Shown: positions 1 through 8,058, counted from the first letter of the stretch. The stretch: DNA of 34,168 nt from Candidatus Woesearchaeota archaeon (GCA_037442865.1 JBBIPM010000003.1:1-34168), one strand, 5' to 3'. Program-made: numbers and translations. Notes: generated from the sequence alone by a model not told the origin.

Positions 1-157
1 CGCGGTACGGGTCCCGGAGCGAGGCCAGTCCTGTCTCTCGCCGGAGGAGGTACTCGTACTCCTGTCGCGTGATCCGTCCGGCGGCGAGCGCCACCGTCGC
101 CTTCTCCTGCAGCCCCTGTTCCTGGGTGGCCTTCCGGGTGAGGCGGTCGAGCGTCAT
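1..157 (-). CDS. hypothetical protein, N-terminal part only (runs off the window edge); downstream partner of the AbrB-type gene
   Basis: Manual minus-strand translation from ATG 157-155 gives MTLDRLTRKATQEQGLQEKATVALAAGRITRQEYEYLLRRETGLASLRDPYR, open to position 1. Its ATG overlaps the TGA of the upstream gene (ATGA junction). No PIN/VapC or MazF signature seen. Confidence 0.35.
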   Translation of the reverse strand, partial: MTLDRLTRKATQEQGLQEKATVALAAGRITRQEYEYLLRRETGLASLRDPYR

Positions 158-345
158 CGTCCCCCACCTCGTTTCTGGCGCGCGCCGAACTCCTCCGCGA
201 GGGGTTTCAGCGCCACTTTCTTGAGGAGGATGAGTTCGCCGACCTGTTCTACTTGGAGGGTGTCGCCTGGCTTGATTTTGAGCCGTTCCCGTATTTCCTG
301 CGGGATGACTACTTGTCCTTTCGTCGACGCCTTGGTCAGCTCCAT
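154..345 (-). CDS. AbrB/SpoVT/MazE-fold antitoxin-like DNA-binding protein
   Basis: 63-aa ORF. TKGQVVIPQEIRERLKIKPGDTLQVEQVGELILLKK is the classic swapped-hairpin AbrB/SpoVT motif. ATGA-coupled to a downstream ORF. Confidence 0.7.
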   Translation of the reverse strand: MELTKASTKGQVVIPQEIRERLKIKPGDTLQVEQVGELILLKKVALKPLAEEFGARQKRGGGR

Positions 346-350
346 GTAAG

Positions 351-405
351 ATTTACCTACATTTATACATTGTACTATAATTTTATTATCTTACTATTAT
401 AAAAA
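351..405. promoter_or_regulatory. AT-rich promoter block with several TATA-like octamers, upstream of the AbrB-like gene
   Basis: This is the only strongly AT-rich stretch in the first kb (atttacctacatttatacattgtactataattttattatcttactattataaaaa). It lies directly upstream of the minus-strand ATG at 345. Which octamer is used cannot be decided. Confidence 0.4.
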
Positions 406-450
406 TGTGCTGGTCGTGTCGGCCCTTCGCCACAGGGCGCCACCCGTCCC

Positions 451-600
451 CTTCTTCTCTTCTTCCTCTTCTTCTCCGCCCTTTTCTTCTCCGCCATCTT
501 CTTCTTCGCCCTCTTCTTCTTCACCCTCTTCTTCTTCGCCCTCTTCTTCTTCACCCTCTTCTTCTCTCTCACCCTCTTCTTCTTCGCCCTCTTCTTCACT
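451..600. repeat. pyrimidine-only tandem repeat, 15-nt unit CTCTTCTTCTTCRCC
   Basis: Near-perfect units at 496-510, 511-525, 526-540, 541-555, 574-588, with degenerate copies on both sides. There are almost no purines on the + strand. Confidence 0.9.
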
Positions 601-648
601 CTTCACGAGGCGTATGGCGCAGCGATTTACGCGCTCTCCTCTCTGCTC

Positions 649-951
649 TTGGCTTGGGCACAATATTATTTTGTCACCCGACTGGAGCGGTTCCGGTGCA
701 CACTAACTGCAGAAGGGCTGGTTTTTTCCACCCCATTGAAGTCCGAACGCTTTATCCTGTGGAGGGACATTCGTTCGTATGACGTGACCGACACCCTCGT
801 CTCCTTCACCGTGGAAGGATATCTACGGAAGCTCCCCTTCCCGTTCGGTGAGCAGAAAGAACGCGTCATCAGGTTCTTGACGCGGCACCTGGGCCCGCCC
901 GCATCTCGGCGCTCCAGGATACGTCCGAGTTCCGGGATGCAACGCCCTTGA
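649..951 (+). CDS. hypothetical protein, possibly bacterial-PH-like
   Basis: 100-aa ORF with a TTG start. The segment FILWRDIRSYDVTDTLVSFTVEGYLRKLPFP resembles membrane-associated PH-like (bPH) domains. Codon usage is more AT-rich at third positions than in the neighbouring genes. Confidence 0.35.
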   Translation: MAWAQYYFVTRLERFRCTLTAEGLVFSTPLKSERFILWRDIRSYDVTDTLVSFTVEGYLRKLPFPFGEQKERVIRFLTRHLGPPASRRSRIRPSSGMQRP

Positions 952-1060
952 TGGTGGATCACCGCTCGCCCCCGTCACCACGCGGCGCCCGTGATGGTGA
1001 GCGTCGCCGCTCCAAGAACATTCAAAAGCGCCAAGAGATAAACCACGCGAATATAGGTAG

Positions 1061-1107
1061 GGGTGACAGTTCTTACTGACTAGGACAGGGTGACATTTCC
1101 TACCGAC
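1061..1107 (+). promoter_or_regulatory. pair of 20-nt direct repeats upstream of the rpl3 promoter (candidate regulator site)
   Basis: gggtgacagttcttactgac (1061-1080) and gggtgacatttcctaccgac (1088-1107) match at 17 of 20 positions. They end about 30 nt upstream of the BRE/TATA. Confidence 0.45.
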
Positions 1108-1135
1108 GAGGACATTCCGCGCAAAGCCCAGCTCA

Positions 1136-1151
1136 CGGAAATGTTTATAAA
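1136..1151 (+). promoter_or_regulatory. BRE + TATA box of the ribosomal-protein operon
   Basis: cggaaat (fits BRE cRnaAnt) is followed by g, then tttataaa (1144-1151). The same octamer TTTATAAA recurs at the secY and rpl34e promoters. The implied TSS near 1175 gives a leader of about 130 nt. Confidence 0.65.
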
Positions 1152-1220
1152 CAGTTCGTGATTCTCCGCGCTACCCGAAAGGGCGAAGCACTGCCGCCGG
1201 CTCCCACGGGGGTCGTCGGC

Positions 1221-1300
1221 GCACAAGGCCTGAGAAGGATGCGCTTCCCAGTACCGACACCGGTTCTCCGAGCGCTGCCGCACAAGGCCTGTATGAGGAT
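1221..1300 (+). promoter_or_regulatory. duplicated 20/21-nt motif in the rpl3 5' leader; the second copy carries the SD
   Basis: gcacaaggcctgagaaggat (1221-1240) and gcacaaggcctgtatgaggat (1280-1300). The second copy ends 5 nt before the ATG at 1306 and contains GAGGA. Confidence 0.5.
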
Positions 1301-1305
1301 TCACG

Positions 1306-2289
1306 ATGGGTAAGCGGGAATCACCACGTCACGGCTCAATGGCAGTCTGGCCGCGGAAACGGGCCAAGCGTCCCTACGCACGCGTCCGCTCCTGGAACAC
1401 GAAGGAGAGAGGCCTCTTGGCGTTCCCCACCTACAAGGCTGGGATGACGCACGTCCTGGTGATCGACGCGCGGAAGACGAGCCAGACCAAAGGCGAAACC
1501 ATCTCCCTGCCCGCTACCATCCTTGAGTGTCCGCCGATCAAGATTTACAGCGTCCGCTGCTACACGGAAGACGCGTATGGGAAGCGGGTCGCGACGGAGA
1601 TCGTCGTCGGCAAGGACAAGCACCTCTTCCGCCGCCTCCTCACCAAGAAGACCGAGGAGGAGAAGCTCGACGCGCTCGACCTCAACAAGTATACCGACCT
1701 CACCATCACGCTCCTCACCCAGCCGTCGAAGACCGGCATCGGGAAGAAGAGGCCTGAGGTGCTCGAAGCGCATCTCGGCGGCACCAAGGAGGAGAAACTG
1801 GCGTGGATCAAGGAACGGCTCGGCAAGGAGATCCCGGTCACCGACGTCTTCACGGAAGGGGACTACGCGGACAGCCACGGCGTCACCACCGGGAAAGGCT
1901 TCCAGGGCCCGGTGAAGCGGTTCGGCATCGGCCTCAAGCCTCACAAGAGCGAGAAGGGGCGGCGAGCGCCCGGCAGCCTCGGCGGTTGGAGCGCGCAGCA
2001 GCACTTCATGTACCGCGTCGCCCACGCGGGCCAGATGGGCTACCACCAGCGGACCCAATACAACAACCAGATCCTCAAGATCGGTGCCGACCCCGCCGAC
2101 GTCAACCCGAAAGGGGGATTCCTCCGCTTCGGCGAGGTGAAGAACCAGTATGTGATCGTCAAAGGCAGCATCCAAGGGCCGAAGAAGCGGATGATCACGC
2201 TCACGAAGGCGATCAGGCTCTACCCGCGGGCGAAGCACCCGCTCCCCACCATCGAGGCGATTAGCCGCGAGAGCAAGCAAGGACGATGA
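1306..2289 (+). CDS. rpl3: 50S ribosomal protein uL3
   Basis: 327 aa. SPRHGSMAVWPRKRAKR at the N-terminus and GKGFQGPVKRFG are uL3 hallmarks. It is the first gene of the canonical archaeal order. Confidence 0.96.
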   Translation: MGKRESPRHGSMAVWPRKRAKRPYARVRSWNTKERGLLAFPTYKAGMTHVLVIDARKTSQTKGETISLPATILECPPIKIYSVRCYTEDAYGKRVATEIVVGKDKHLFRRLLTKKTEEEKLDALDLNKYTDLTITLLTQPSKTGIGKKRPEVLEAHLGGTKEEKLAWIKERLGKEIPVTDVFTEGDYADSHGVTTGKGFQGPVKRFGIGLKPHKSEKGRRAPGSLGGWSAQQHFMYRVAHAGQMGYHQRTQYNNQILKIGADPADVNPKGGFLRFGEVKNQYVIVKGSIQGPKKRMITLTKAIRLYPRAKHPLPTIEAISRESKQGR

Positions 2290-2296
2290 ACCCACC

Positions 2297-3295
2297 ATGA
2301 AGCTCCCCATCCTCGACGAGAAGAAGGCGAAGACCGGCGAGCTCGCGCTCCCCGCGCAGTTCCGCGAACCGGTCCGGGACGACCTGATCCGGCGCGCGGT
2401 TCATGCCCTCCAGGCGGCCGCGCGGCAGCCCTACGGCGCCGACCCCGACGCGGGGAAGCGGTCCAGCGCGAAGCTGAGCAGACGGAGGCGCAACTATCGG
2501 GGCAGCTACGGCCAAGGGATCAGCCGGGTGCCGCGGAAGGTCCTCAACCGTCGGGGCACCCGCATGTACTACGTCGGCGCCTTCGCCCCCGGCACCGTCG
2601 GCGGTCGGAGAGCACACCCACCCAAGGCCGGGAAGGAGTGGGCGCAGAAGGTGAACAAGAAGGAGAACCGGAAAGCGATTAGGAGCGCCCTCGCCGCGGT
2701 GATGGACGCCTCCCTCGTCACGAAGCGGGGCCATAAGCTCCCCGATCACTACCCGTTCCTCATCGATGATTCCTTCGAGCGGCTGACGCGGACGAAGCAC
2801 GTCGAGCAGGCGCTCGTCGCCCTCGGCTTCGCGGACGAACTCGCCCGTGCGTTGCCGACCACGCTCCGCGCCGGCAAGGCGAAGATGCGAGGCCGGAAGA
2901 CGCGCCGCGCCACCTCCTTGCTCCTCGTCACCGGCGATGCGGACGCGTCGCTCCTCCGCGCCGCACAGAATGTCGCGGGCGTCGACGCAGTCCCTGTCGG
3001 GTCGCTCAACGCCGAGCTCCTCGCTCCCGGGACGCATCCCGGGCGGGCGACGCTCTTCACGCGGAATGCCGTCGCGATGATGGCGGAACGGCGCCTCTTC
3101 CTCGAACAGGGCGCGAGCGACGAGGCCGTTCCCGGCGTCGCGCCGAAGCAAACGTCAAGGACCCCGGCGAAGAGCGCCGCATCACCCTCCGCGGCGTCCA
3201 AGCACGGGGCCGCGTCCAAGAACGGCGCGAAGAACGAAACCGCGACGCCGCGCCGCGCCACCATCCGCGCCCAGAAAGGCGGTGACCCCTCGTGA
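2297..3295 (+). CDS. rpl4: 50S ribosomal protein uL4 with an A/S/K/P-rich C-terminal tail
   Basis: 332 aa, starting 8 nt after rpl3. The position and the basic core (RRRRNYRGSYGQGISRVPRK) fit uL4. The last ~65 aa are low-complexity. Confidence 0.93.
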   Translation: MKLPILDEKKAKTGELALPAQFREPVRDDLIRRAVHALQAAARQPYGADPDAGKRSSAKLSRRRRNYRGSYGQGISRVPRKVLNRRGTRMYYVGAFAPGTVGGRRAHPPKAGKEWAQKVNKKENRKAIRSALAAVMDASLVTKRGHKLPDHYPFLIDDSFERLTRTKHVEQALVALGFADELARALPTTLRAGKAKMRGRKTRRATSLLLVTGDADASLLRAAQNVAGVDAVPVGSLNAELLAPGTHPGRATLFTRNAVAMMAERRLFLEQGASDEAVPGVAPKQTSRTPAKSAASPSAASKHGAASKNGAKNETATPRRATIRAQKGGDPS

Positions 3296-3540
3296 TCATC
3301 AAGCACCCGGTCAGCACGGAGAAGACGATCCGGCTCATCGAGCGGGAGAACAAGCTGATCTTCGTCGTCGACCTGAAGGCGAAGAAGCCGGAGATCAAGA
3401 CCGAGCTCGAGCGGCTCTTCAACGCCAAGGTGGCGAAGGTGAACACGCTCATCACGGCGGATGCGCAGAAGCGCGCCATTGTCACGTTCAGCGCCGAGAC
3501 GCCCGCGATCGACATCGCGATGAAGCTCGGACTCATGTAA
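3292..3540 (+). CDS. rpl23: 50S ribosomal protein uL23
   Basis: 82 aa. The GTG start sits in a GTGA overlap with the rpl4 stop. IKHPVSTEKTIRLIERENKLIFVV is typical uL23. Confidence 0.93.
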   Translation: MIIKHPVSTEKTIRLIERENKLIFVVDLKAKKPEIKTELERLFNAKVAKVNTLITADAQKRAIVTFSAETPAIDIAMKLGLM

Positions 3541-3562
3541 CGTATCCACCCGATGTGATTCC

Positions 3563-4264
3563 ATGGGCAAGAACCTGATACAGCAGAAACGGGGCAAAGG
3601 GAGCCCGTCCTATCGGAGGCACAGCTTCCGCTCACCGGGCCAGGCGCGTCTCCAAGGACGGGGCGGCGCGGTCATCCTCGGCTTCACTCACTCCAGACTC
3701 CACACCGCGCCCCTGGCCGTGGTCCGCTACCAGGACGGGGCCGATGGTCTCATCATCGCCTCAGAAGGGCTCATGGCTGGGCAGCGGATCACCATCGGGG
3801 ACGGTGCCGAGCTCGCGCTCGGGAACGCGCTCCCCCTGGAGAGCCTTCCAGAAGGGAGCATCATCTTCAACATCGAAGCGCAGCCCGGGGACGGCGGCAA
3901 GTTCGTCCGCGCCTCCGGCGGCGTCGCACGTATCGTCGGCAAGACCCCCACGTCCGTGATGGTCCAGCTGCCGAGCAAGAAACGGAAACCGTTCAATCCC
4001 GCCTGTACGGCCTGCATCGGCGTCGTCGCTGGCGGCGGCCGGCCGGAGAAGCCGTTCCTGAAGGCGGGCACCAAGTTCCACCGGGTTGCGGCCCGGAACA
4101 CGTACTGGCCCTCCGTCTCCGGCGCGGCGATGAACGCCGTGGACCACCCACTCGGCGGCAAGCGGAGTAGCAGGAAGGGCCGGCCGACGATCGCGCCGAA
4201 GAACGCTCCACCGGGACGGAAGGTCGGCATGATCAGGCCGCGCCACACCGGCAGGAACAAGTAG
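3563..4264 (+). CDS. rpl2: 50S ribosomal protein uL2
   Basis: 233 aa. C-terminal AMNAVDHPLGG...NAPPGRKVG signature and gene order. Confidence 0.95.
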   Translation: MGKNLIQQKRGKGSPSYRRHSFRSPGQARLQGRGGAVILGFTHSRLHTAPLAVVRYQDGADGLIIASEGLMAGQRITIGDGAELALGNALPLESLPEGSIIFNIEAQPGDGGKFVRASGGVARIVGKTPTSVMVQLPSKKRKPFNPACTACIGVVAGGGRPEKPFLKAGTKFHRVAARNTYWPSVSGAAMNAVDHPLGGKRSSRKGRPTIAPKNAPPGRKVGMIRPRHTGRNK

Positions 4265-4302
4265 AGGGCAAGAACGCAGAGAAAATCACGGAGAGAGTCA
4301 CG

Positions 4303-4671
4303 ATGGCACGCAAGGAATTCACGTTCCGGGGACGGACCGAGGAGGAGCTGAAGACGCTCACTCTCGACGAGGTCGCCCTCCTCCTGCCGAGCGGCGAGCG
4401 GCGCAAGATTAGGCGCGGCTTCACCCACGAGGAGCAGAGCCTCCTGAAGAAGCTGGCGAAACGCGACCGGGTCAAGACCCATGCGCGGGAGATGATCGTG
4501 TTGCCGAGCATGTTCGGCAAGACGGTCCTCGTCCACAACGGCAAGGAGTTCGTCCCGGTCCTGATCTTGCCGGAAATGGTCGGGCACCGGCTCGGCCAGT
4601 TCGTCCTGACTCGGAAGATGACGAAGCATAGCAGCGCGGGCGTCACCGCGAAGAAGGAGACGAAGAAATAA
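4303..4671 (+). CDS. rps19: 30S ribosomal protein uS19
   Basis: 122 aa. GKTVLVHNGKEFVPVLILPEMVGHRLGQF signature. Confidence 0.95.
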   Translation: MARKEFTFRGRTEEELKTLTLDEVALLLPSGERRKIRRGFTHEEQSLLKKLAKRDRVKTHAREMIVLPSMFGKTVLVHNGKEFVPVLILPEMVGHRLGQFVLTRKMTKHSSAGVTAKKETKK

Positions 4672-4699
4672 AGAGCGGGCAGCACGGATGTGAACGATC

Positions 4700-5416
4700 A
4701 TGACCTTCACCTATGACGGAGCGACGATGGCCAAGGCGTCACTGCGCGACGCGACGATCAGCTTCAAGAAGAGCTTGATGGTGGCCCAGGCGCTCCGCGG
4801 CATGATGAGCGACAAGGCCTCCGCGTACCTCGAGCGCGTCATCGCGCAGCGGCAGCCGGTGCCCTTCACCAAGTTCATGAATGGCGCGGGCCATCGGCGC
4901 GGCCCCCTCGCGGCAGGTAAATATCCGCTCAAGGCTGCCGAGGCGTTCCTCGCCCTCACCAAGGCGGGCGTCGCCAATGCCGAGAACAAGGGACTCGGCA
5001 CTCCCCTCAGGATCGTCCACCTCGTCGTCAACGAATCCTCGCGCCCCATGCACGCGGGGAGGCAGCGCGGCCGCGTCATGAAGCGGACGCGTGTCGACCT
5101 GGTCCTCGCGGAGACTGAGGAGAGCAAGAAGCGCGAGAAGAAGGCGAAGAAGGAAAAGGCGCCGAAGAAGGAAAAGACGACGAAGGATGACGGGAAGAGC
5201 GAGAGGATGGCGGCCAAGGACGCGCCGAAGCCGACCGAGAGCGTGGTCGTCGCACCGGCCGTGAAGCCGGGTGGTGCGGAGAAGGATGATCGCGTCGTGG
5301 CGAGCGTCGAAACGCCAAAACCCTCCATCAAGGCTACCCTTGCGAAGCCGGCGAAGAGAGGAACATCAACCTCAACACCGAAACCAGCGAAGGAAGTGAC
5401 CCAGGATGGCAATTGA
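4700..5416 (+). CDS. rpl22: 50S ribosomal protein uL22 with a K/E/A/P-rich tail of about 85 aa
   Basis: 238 aa. The first ~150 aa are uL22-like (ISFKKSLMVAQALRG...HAGRQRGRVMKRTRVDLVL), followed by KKREKKAKKEKAPKKEK... The gene overlaps rps3 by 11 nt. Confidence 0.93.
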   Translation: MTFTYDGATMAKASLRDATISFKKSLMVAQALRGMMSDKASAYLERVIAQRQPVPFTKFMNGAGHRRGPLAAGKYPLKAAEAFLALTKAGVANAENKGLGTPLRIVHLVVNESSRPMHAGRQRGRVMKRTRVDLVLAETEESKKREKKAKKEKAPKKEKTTKDDGKSERMAAKDAPKPTESVVVAPAVKPGGAEKDDRVVASVETPKPSIKATLAKPAKRGTSTSTPKPAKEVTQDGN

Positions 5417-6275
5417 GCGCAAGTTCGTCTCCCAGAACCTGAAGGAGTTCCGCATCAAGCAGTTCGTCAGCGGCCAGCTCTCACGGGTCGGGCTGAGCGA
5501 CATCAAGCTCCAGCGCACCCCCCTTGGCGACAAGATCTTGATCAAGGCGTCCCGTCCCGGCCTCGTCGTCGGACGGGCAGGGAGCAACATCCAGAAGCTG
5601 ACCGAGACACTCAAGCACGAGTTCAACCTGGACAACCCACAGATCGAGATTGAGGAGGTCAGCGCGATCGGGCTCGACGCGAACATCATCGCGGAGATGA
5701 TCGTCAACAGCCTCGAACGGTTCGGGAGCCAGCGGTTCAAGGGCGTCGGGCACCGCGCGCTCACCGACGTGATGGGTGCGGGCGCGCTCGGCGTCGAAAT
5801 CCTGATCAGCGGCAAGATCCCGAGCCAACGGGCGAAGACCTGGCGGTTCTACCAGGGCTACCTGAAGAAGTGCGGCGACGTCGCCATCAGCGGCGTGGAT
5901 GTCGCCTACAAGACTGCCGTGCTCAAGACAGGGGCTGTGGGGATCAAGGTCTCCATCATGCCGCCGACGACGAAGCTGCCGGACCAGATACTGCTCCTCG
6001 AGCCGGACCCGGCCACGGTCGAAGAGGCGGACGGAGCGGCGGCTGAGGAGGATCCTGTCCTGGAGCGTGTCCCGGAGCCTGGCGCGAAGCCGAAACGGTC
6101 CACGAAGAAGGCGACGAAGCAGGCGCAGAAGGATGACGCAAAGAGCGGCGCGAAGCCGAAACGGTCCACGAAGAAGAAGGATGAGCGGCAGCCGAAAACC
6201 GGAGCGGCGCAGGCGGCGACCGACGCGACGGCTGAGCCGGCGACCGACGCGACGGCTGAGCCGGCGACGGAGTGA
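5406..6275 (+). CDS. rps3: 30S ribosomal protein uS3 with a repeat-containing tail
   Basis: 289 aa. KH motif ILIKASRPGLVVGRAGSNIQKL. The tail carries GAKPKRSTKK x2 and ATDATAEP x2. Confidence 0.95.
   Translation: MAIERKFVSQNLKEFRIKQFVSGQLSRVGLSDIKLQRTPLGDKILIKASRPGLVVGRAGSNIQKLTETLKHEFNLDNPQIEIEEVSAIGLDANIIAEMIVNSLERFGSQRFKGVGHRALTDVMGAGALGVEILISGKIPSQRAKTWRFYQGYLKKCGDVAISGVDVAYKTAVLKTGAVGIKVSIMPPTTKLPDQILLLEPDPATVEEADGAAAEEDPVLERVPEPGAKPKRSTKKATKQAQKDDAKSGAKPKRSTKKKDERQPKTGAAQAATDATAEPATDATAEPATE
6081..6263 (+). repeat. perfect nucleotide repeats inside the rps3 tail
   Basis: The 30-mer ggcgcgaagccgaaacggtccacgaagaag occurs at 6081-6110 and 6147-6176. The 24-mer gcgaccgacgcgacggctgagccg occurs in tandem at 6216-6239 and 6240-6263. 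Confidence 0.95.
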
Positions 6276-6485
6276 GTGATTATGACACGGAAAGCGTTTG
6301 CGGAGCTGAAGAAGAAGGGCGCGCCCGAGCTTGAGAAGGAGCTCGCGGCCTCGTCCTTGGAGATGATCAAGCTCCGCGCGCAGCTCAGCACCGGGGCTGC
6401 CTCGAAGGAGGCGGGAAAGCTCAGGAGCCTGAAGAAGAGGAGAGCGCGGATCAAGACGCTGCAAGGAGGGAGTGCCCGGCGATGA
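6276..6485 (+). CDS. rpl29: 50S ribosomal protein uL29
   Basis: 69 aa. The start is GTG 6276 (abutting the rps3 stop) or ATG 6282. Helical K/E-rich protein in the expected position. Confidence 0.88.
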   Translation: MIMTRKAFAELKKKGAPELEKELAASSLEMIKLRAQLSTGAASKEAGKLRSLKKRRARIKTLQGGSARR

Positions 6486-6796
6486 GCGCGATATGCACGA
6501 CGTGCGGACTGCCCGAGGATCTCTGCGTCTGCGATCAGATCGCGCGCGAGAGCCAGCGCATCACCGTCATGGTCGAGCGGAAGAAGTTCGGGAAGAAGTA
6601 TACGGTCATCACCGGCATCAACGAGCATGAGGTCGACATCAAGGAGTTGGCGAAGAAGCTGAAGAACCGCTTGGCGTGCGGCGGCACCGGCAAGGACGGC
6701 GTCGTCGAGTTGCAAGGGGACCACCTCCGGACGATCAAGGAGGACCTCGTCGCGTTGGGGTTCAGCGCCGACACGATTGACATCAGGATGAGATGA
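6482..6796 (+). CDS. sui1: translation initiation factor aSUI1 (eIF1 homolog)
   Basis: 104 aa. N-terminal Cys cluster CTTCGLPEDLCVC, then SUI1 core KKYTVITGI...ELAKKLKNRLACGGTGKDGVVELQGDH. ATGA overlaps with both neighbours. Confidence 0.9.
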   Translation: MSAICTTCGLPEDLCVCDQIARESQRITVMVERKKFGKKYTVITGINEHEVDIKELAKKLKNRLACGGTGKDGVVELQGDHLRTIKEDLVALGFSADTIDIRMR

Positions 6797-7131
6797 TCAC
6801 CATGGAGCAGAAGAGCAAGGAGCGGAAGGTGGAGCCGACAGCCACGACGAGGCCGGAGAGCCGTCCGCCGTCGCAAGCGCCGACCTCTGTGCCGACGCAC
6901 GGTCGCGTCTTCACCGGCACGGTCGTCAGCGACCGGATGGCGAAGACCGTCACCGTCGCCTGGGAGCGGCGTCACTACGTGCCGAAGTACCAGCGGTACG
7001 AGCGCCGGTACAGCAAGATCAAGGCGCACAATCCCGACGAGATAGACGCAAAGGCCGGCGACACGGTCATCGTCATGGAGACTCGGCCGATCAGCAAGAC
7101 GAAGCACTTCCTGATCATCAAGAAACTGTGA
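6793..7131 (+). CDS. rps17: 30S ribosomal protein uS17
   Basis: 112 aa. GTVVSDRMAKTVTVAWER...GDTVIVMETRPISKTKHF. Alternative start ATG 6802 within the cassette ATGATCACCATG. Confidence 0.94.
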   Translation: MITMEQKSKERKVEPTATTRPESRPPSQAPTSVPTHGRVFTGTVVSDRMAKTVTVAWERRHYVPKYQRYERRYSKIKAHNPDEIDAKAGDTVIVMETRPISKTKHFLIIKKL

Positions 7132-7152
7132 GCAGTCTACGAGAGGAGCACC

Positions 7153-7554
7153 ATGAAAGCAATCAAGGCGAGCATGACGCGGGCGATCCCGACCGGGAGC
7201 TACGTCGCGACCTGCGACAACAGCGGCGCGAAGCTGCTCAAGGTCTTCACCGTCGTCGGCCTCAAGACGCGGAAAGGGCGCGCCCCTGCCGCCGGGATCG
7301 GCGACCTCGTCATGGCCTCGGTGAAGAAAGGGCGTCCAGACATGCGGAAGCAGGTCGTCTTCGCCATCATCGTCCGGCAGAGGAAGGAGTTCCGGCGCCC
7401 CGACGGCACCCGCGTCAAGTTCGAGGACAACGCGGCCGTGGTGCTGAAGGACAACAAGGGGAACCCGAAAGGGACGATCTTCAAGGGCCCTGTCGCGAAA
7501 GAGGCGTGCGGCCGCTGGCCCGCCGTCGCGAAGGTGGCGAGCATCATCATGTAG
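7153..7554 (+). CDS. rpl14: 50S ribosomal protein uL14
   Basis: 133 aa. The sequence (CDNSGAKLLKVFTV...GPVAKE) fits uL14. GAGGAG lies upstream of the ATG. Confidence 0.96.
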   Translation: MKAIKASMTRAIPTGSYVATCDNSGAKLLKVFTVVGLKTRKGRAPAAGIGDLVMASVKKGRPDMRKQVVFAIIVRQRKEFRRPDGTRVKFEDNAAVVLKDNKGNPKGTIFKGPVAKEACGRWPAVAKVASIIM

Positions 7555-7593
7555 GATCATCATGTAGTATCATCACGTAGGATCATCATGTAG
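7542..7593 (+). repeat. 13-nt tandem repeat x4 (GATCATCATGTAG) spanning the rpl14 stop and the rpl14-rpl24 spacer
   Basis: Units at 7542-7554 (catcatcatgtag, the last codons plus TAG of rpl14), 7555-7567, 7568-7580 (one T>C change) and 7581-7593. The rpl24 ATG follows 9 nt later. Confidence 0.95.
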
Positions 7594-7602
7594 GCTGATA
7601 CC

Positions 7603-8058
7603 ATGAAACAAGCGCATTCGACGAGTTGGCGGAGCAGCGTCCAGCCGCGCAAGCAGCGGAAGTACGTCCACAACGCGCCGCTCCACCTCAAGGGAAAGCT
7701 GCTCCATATCCACCTCTCCAAGGAGCTCCGCGCCAAGCACGCCACCCGCGCCGTCCGCGTCCGCGTCGGCGACAAGGTGAAGGTGCTCCGCGGCACCCAT
7801 AAGGGGAAGGAGGGGAAGGTGGAGCGGGTCGACGTCGTCAACGCCCGCATCCATGTCGCAAAGATCGAGACGCCGAAGCGACAGGGCGGCGCCGCCAAGT
7901 ACCCGCTCCGGCCGAGCAACTGCCTCCTCGTCGAGCTCGCCCCTGACAAGCGCCGCTTCAAGCGGCGGACGGGGGCTGCCGAGGCGAGACTGACCGCGAA
8001 GCCGAAGAGAGCAAATAGCGCTCTGAAGGATGTGCGCAGCGCTCCGACCACAGCATGA
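7603..8058 (+). CDS. rpl24: 50S ribosomal protein uL24
   Basis: 151 aa. KOW motif VRVGDKVKVLRGTHKGKEGKVERV. Confidence 0.94.
   Translation: MKQAHSTSWRSSVQPRKQRKYVHNAPLHLKGKLLHIHLSKELRAKHATRAVRVRVGDKVKVLRGTHKGKEGKVERVDVVNARIHVAKIETPKRQGGAAKYPLRPSNCLLVELAPDKRRFKRRTGAAEARLTAKPKRANSALKDVRSAPTTA

Noticed and set aside
397-782. ORFs in all frames over the 15-nt C/T repeat (poly-GEEEE, poly-KKRAKK, poly-SSSP, poly-LLLRP)
   Set aside because: They are a compositional artefact of a purine-free tandem repeat. There is no credible start context, and three overlapping frames are open at once.
955-963. tggatcacc, identical to the conserved 3' end of 16S rRNA
   Set aside because: It is only a 9-nt match with no surrounding rRNA-like sequence, most likely chance or an SD-related sequence.
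7541-7602. C/D-box sRNA: the minus strand of the 13-nt repeat reads RUGAUGA four times, and the + strand has CUGA at 7595-7598
   Set aside because: The C-box-like and D-box-like motifs are on opposite strands. No properly spaced C/D', C'/D arrangement or terminal stem exists.
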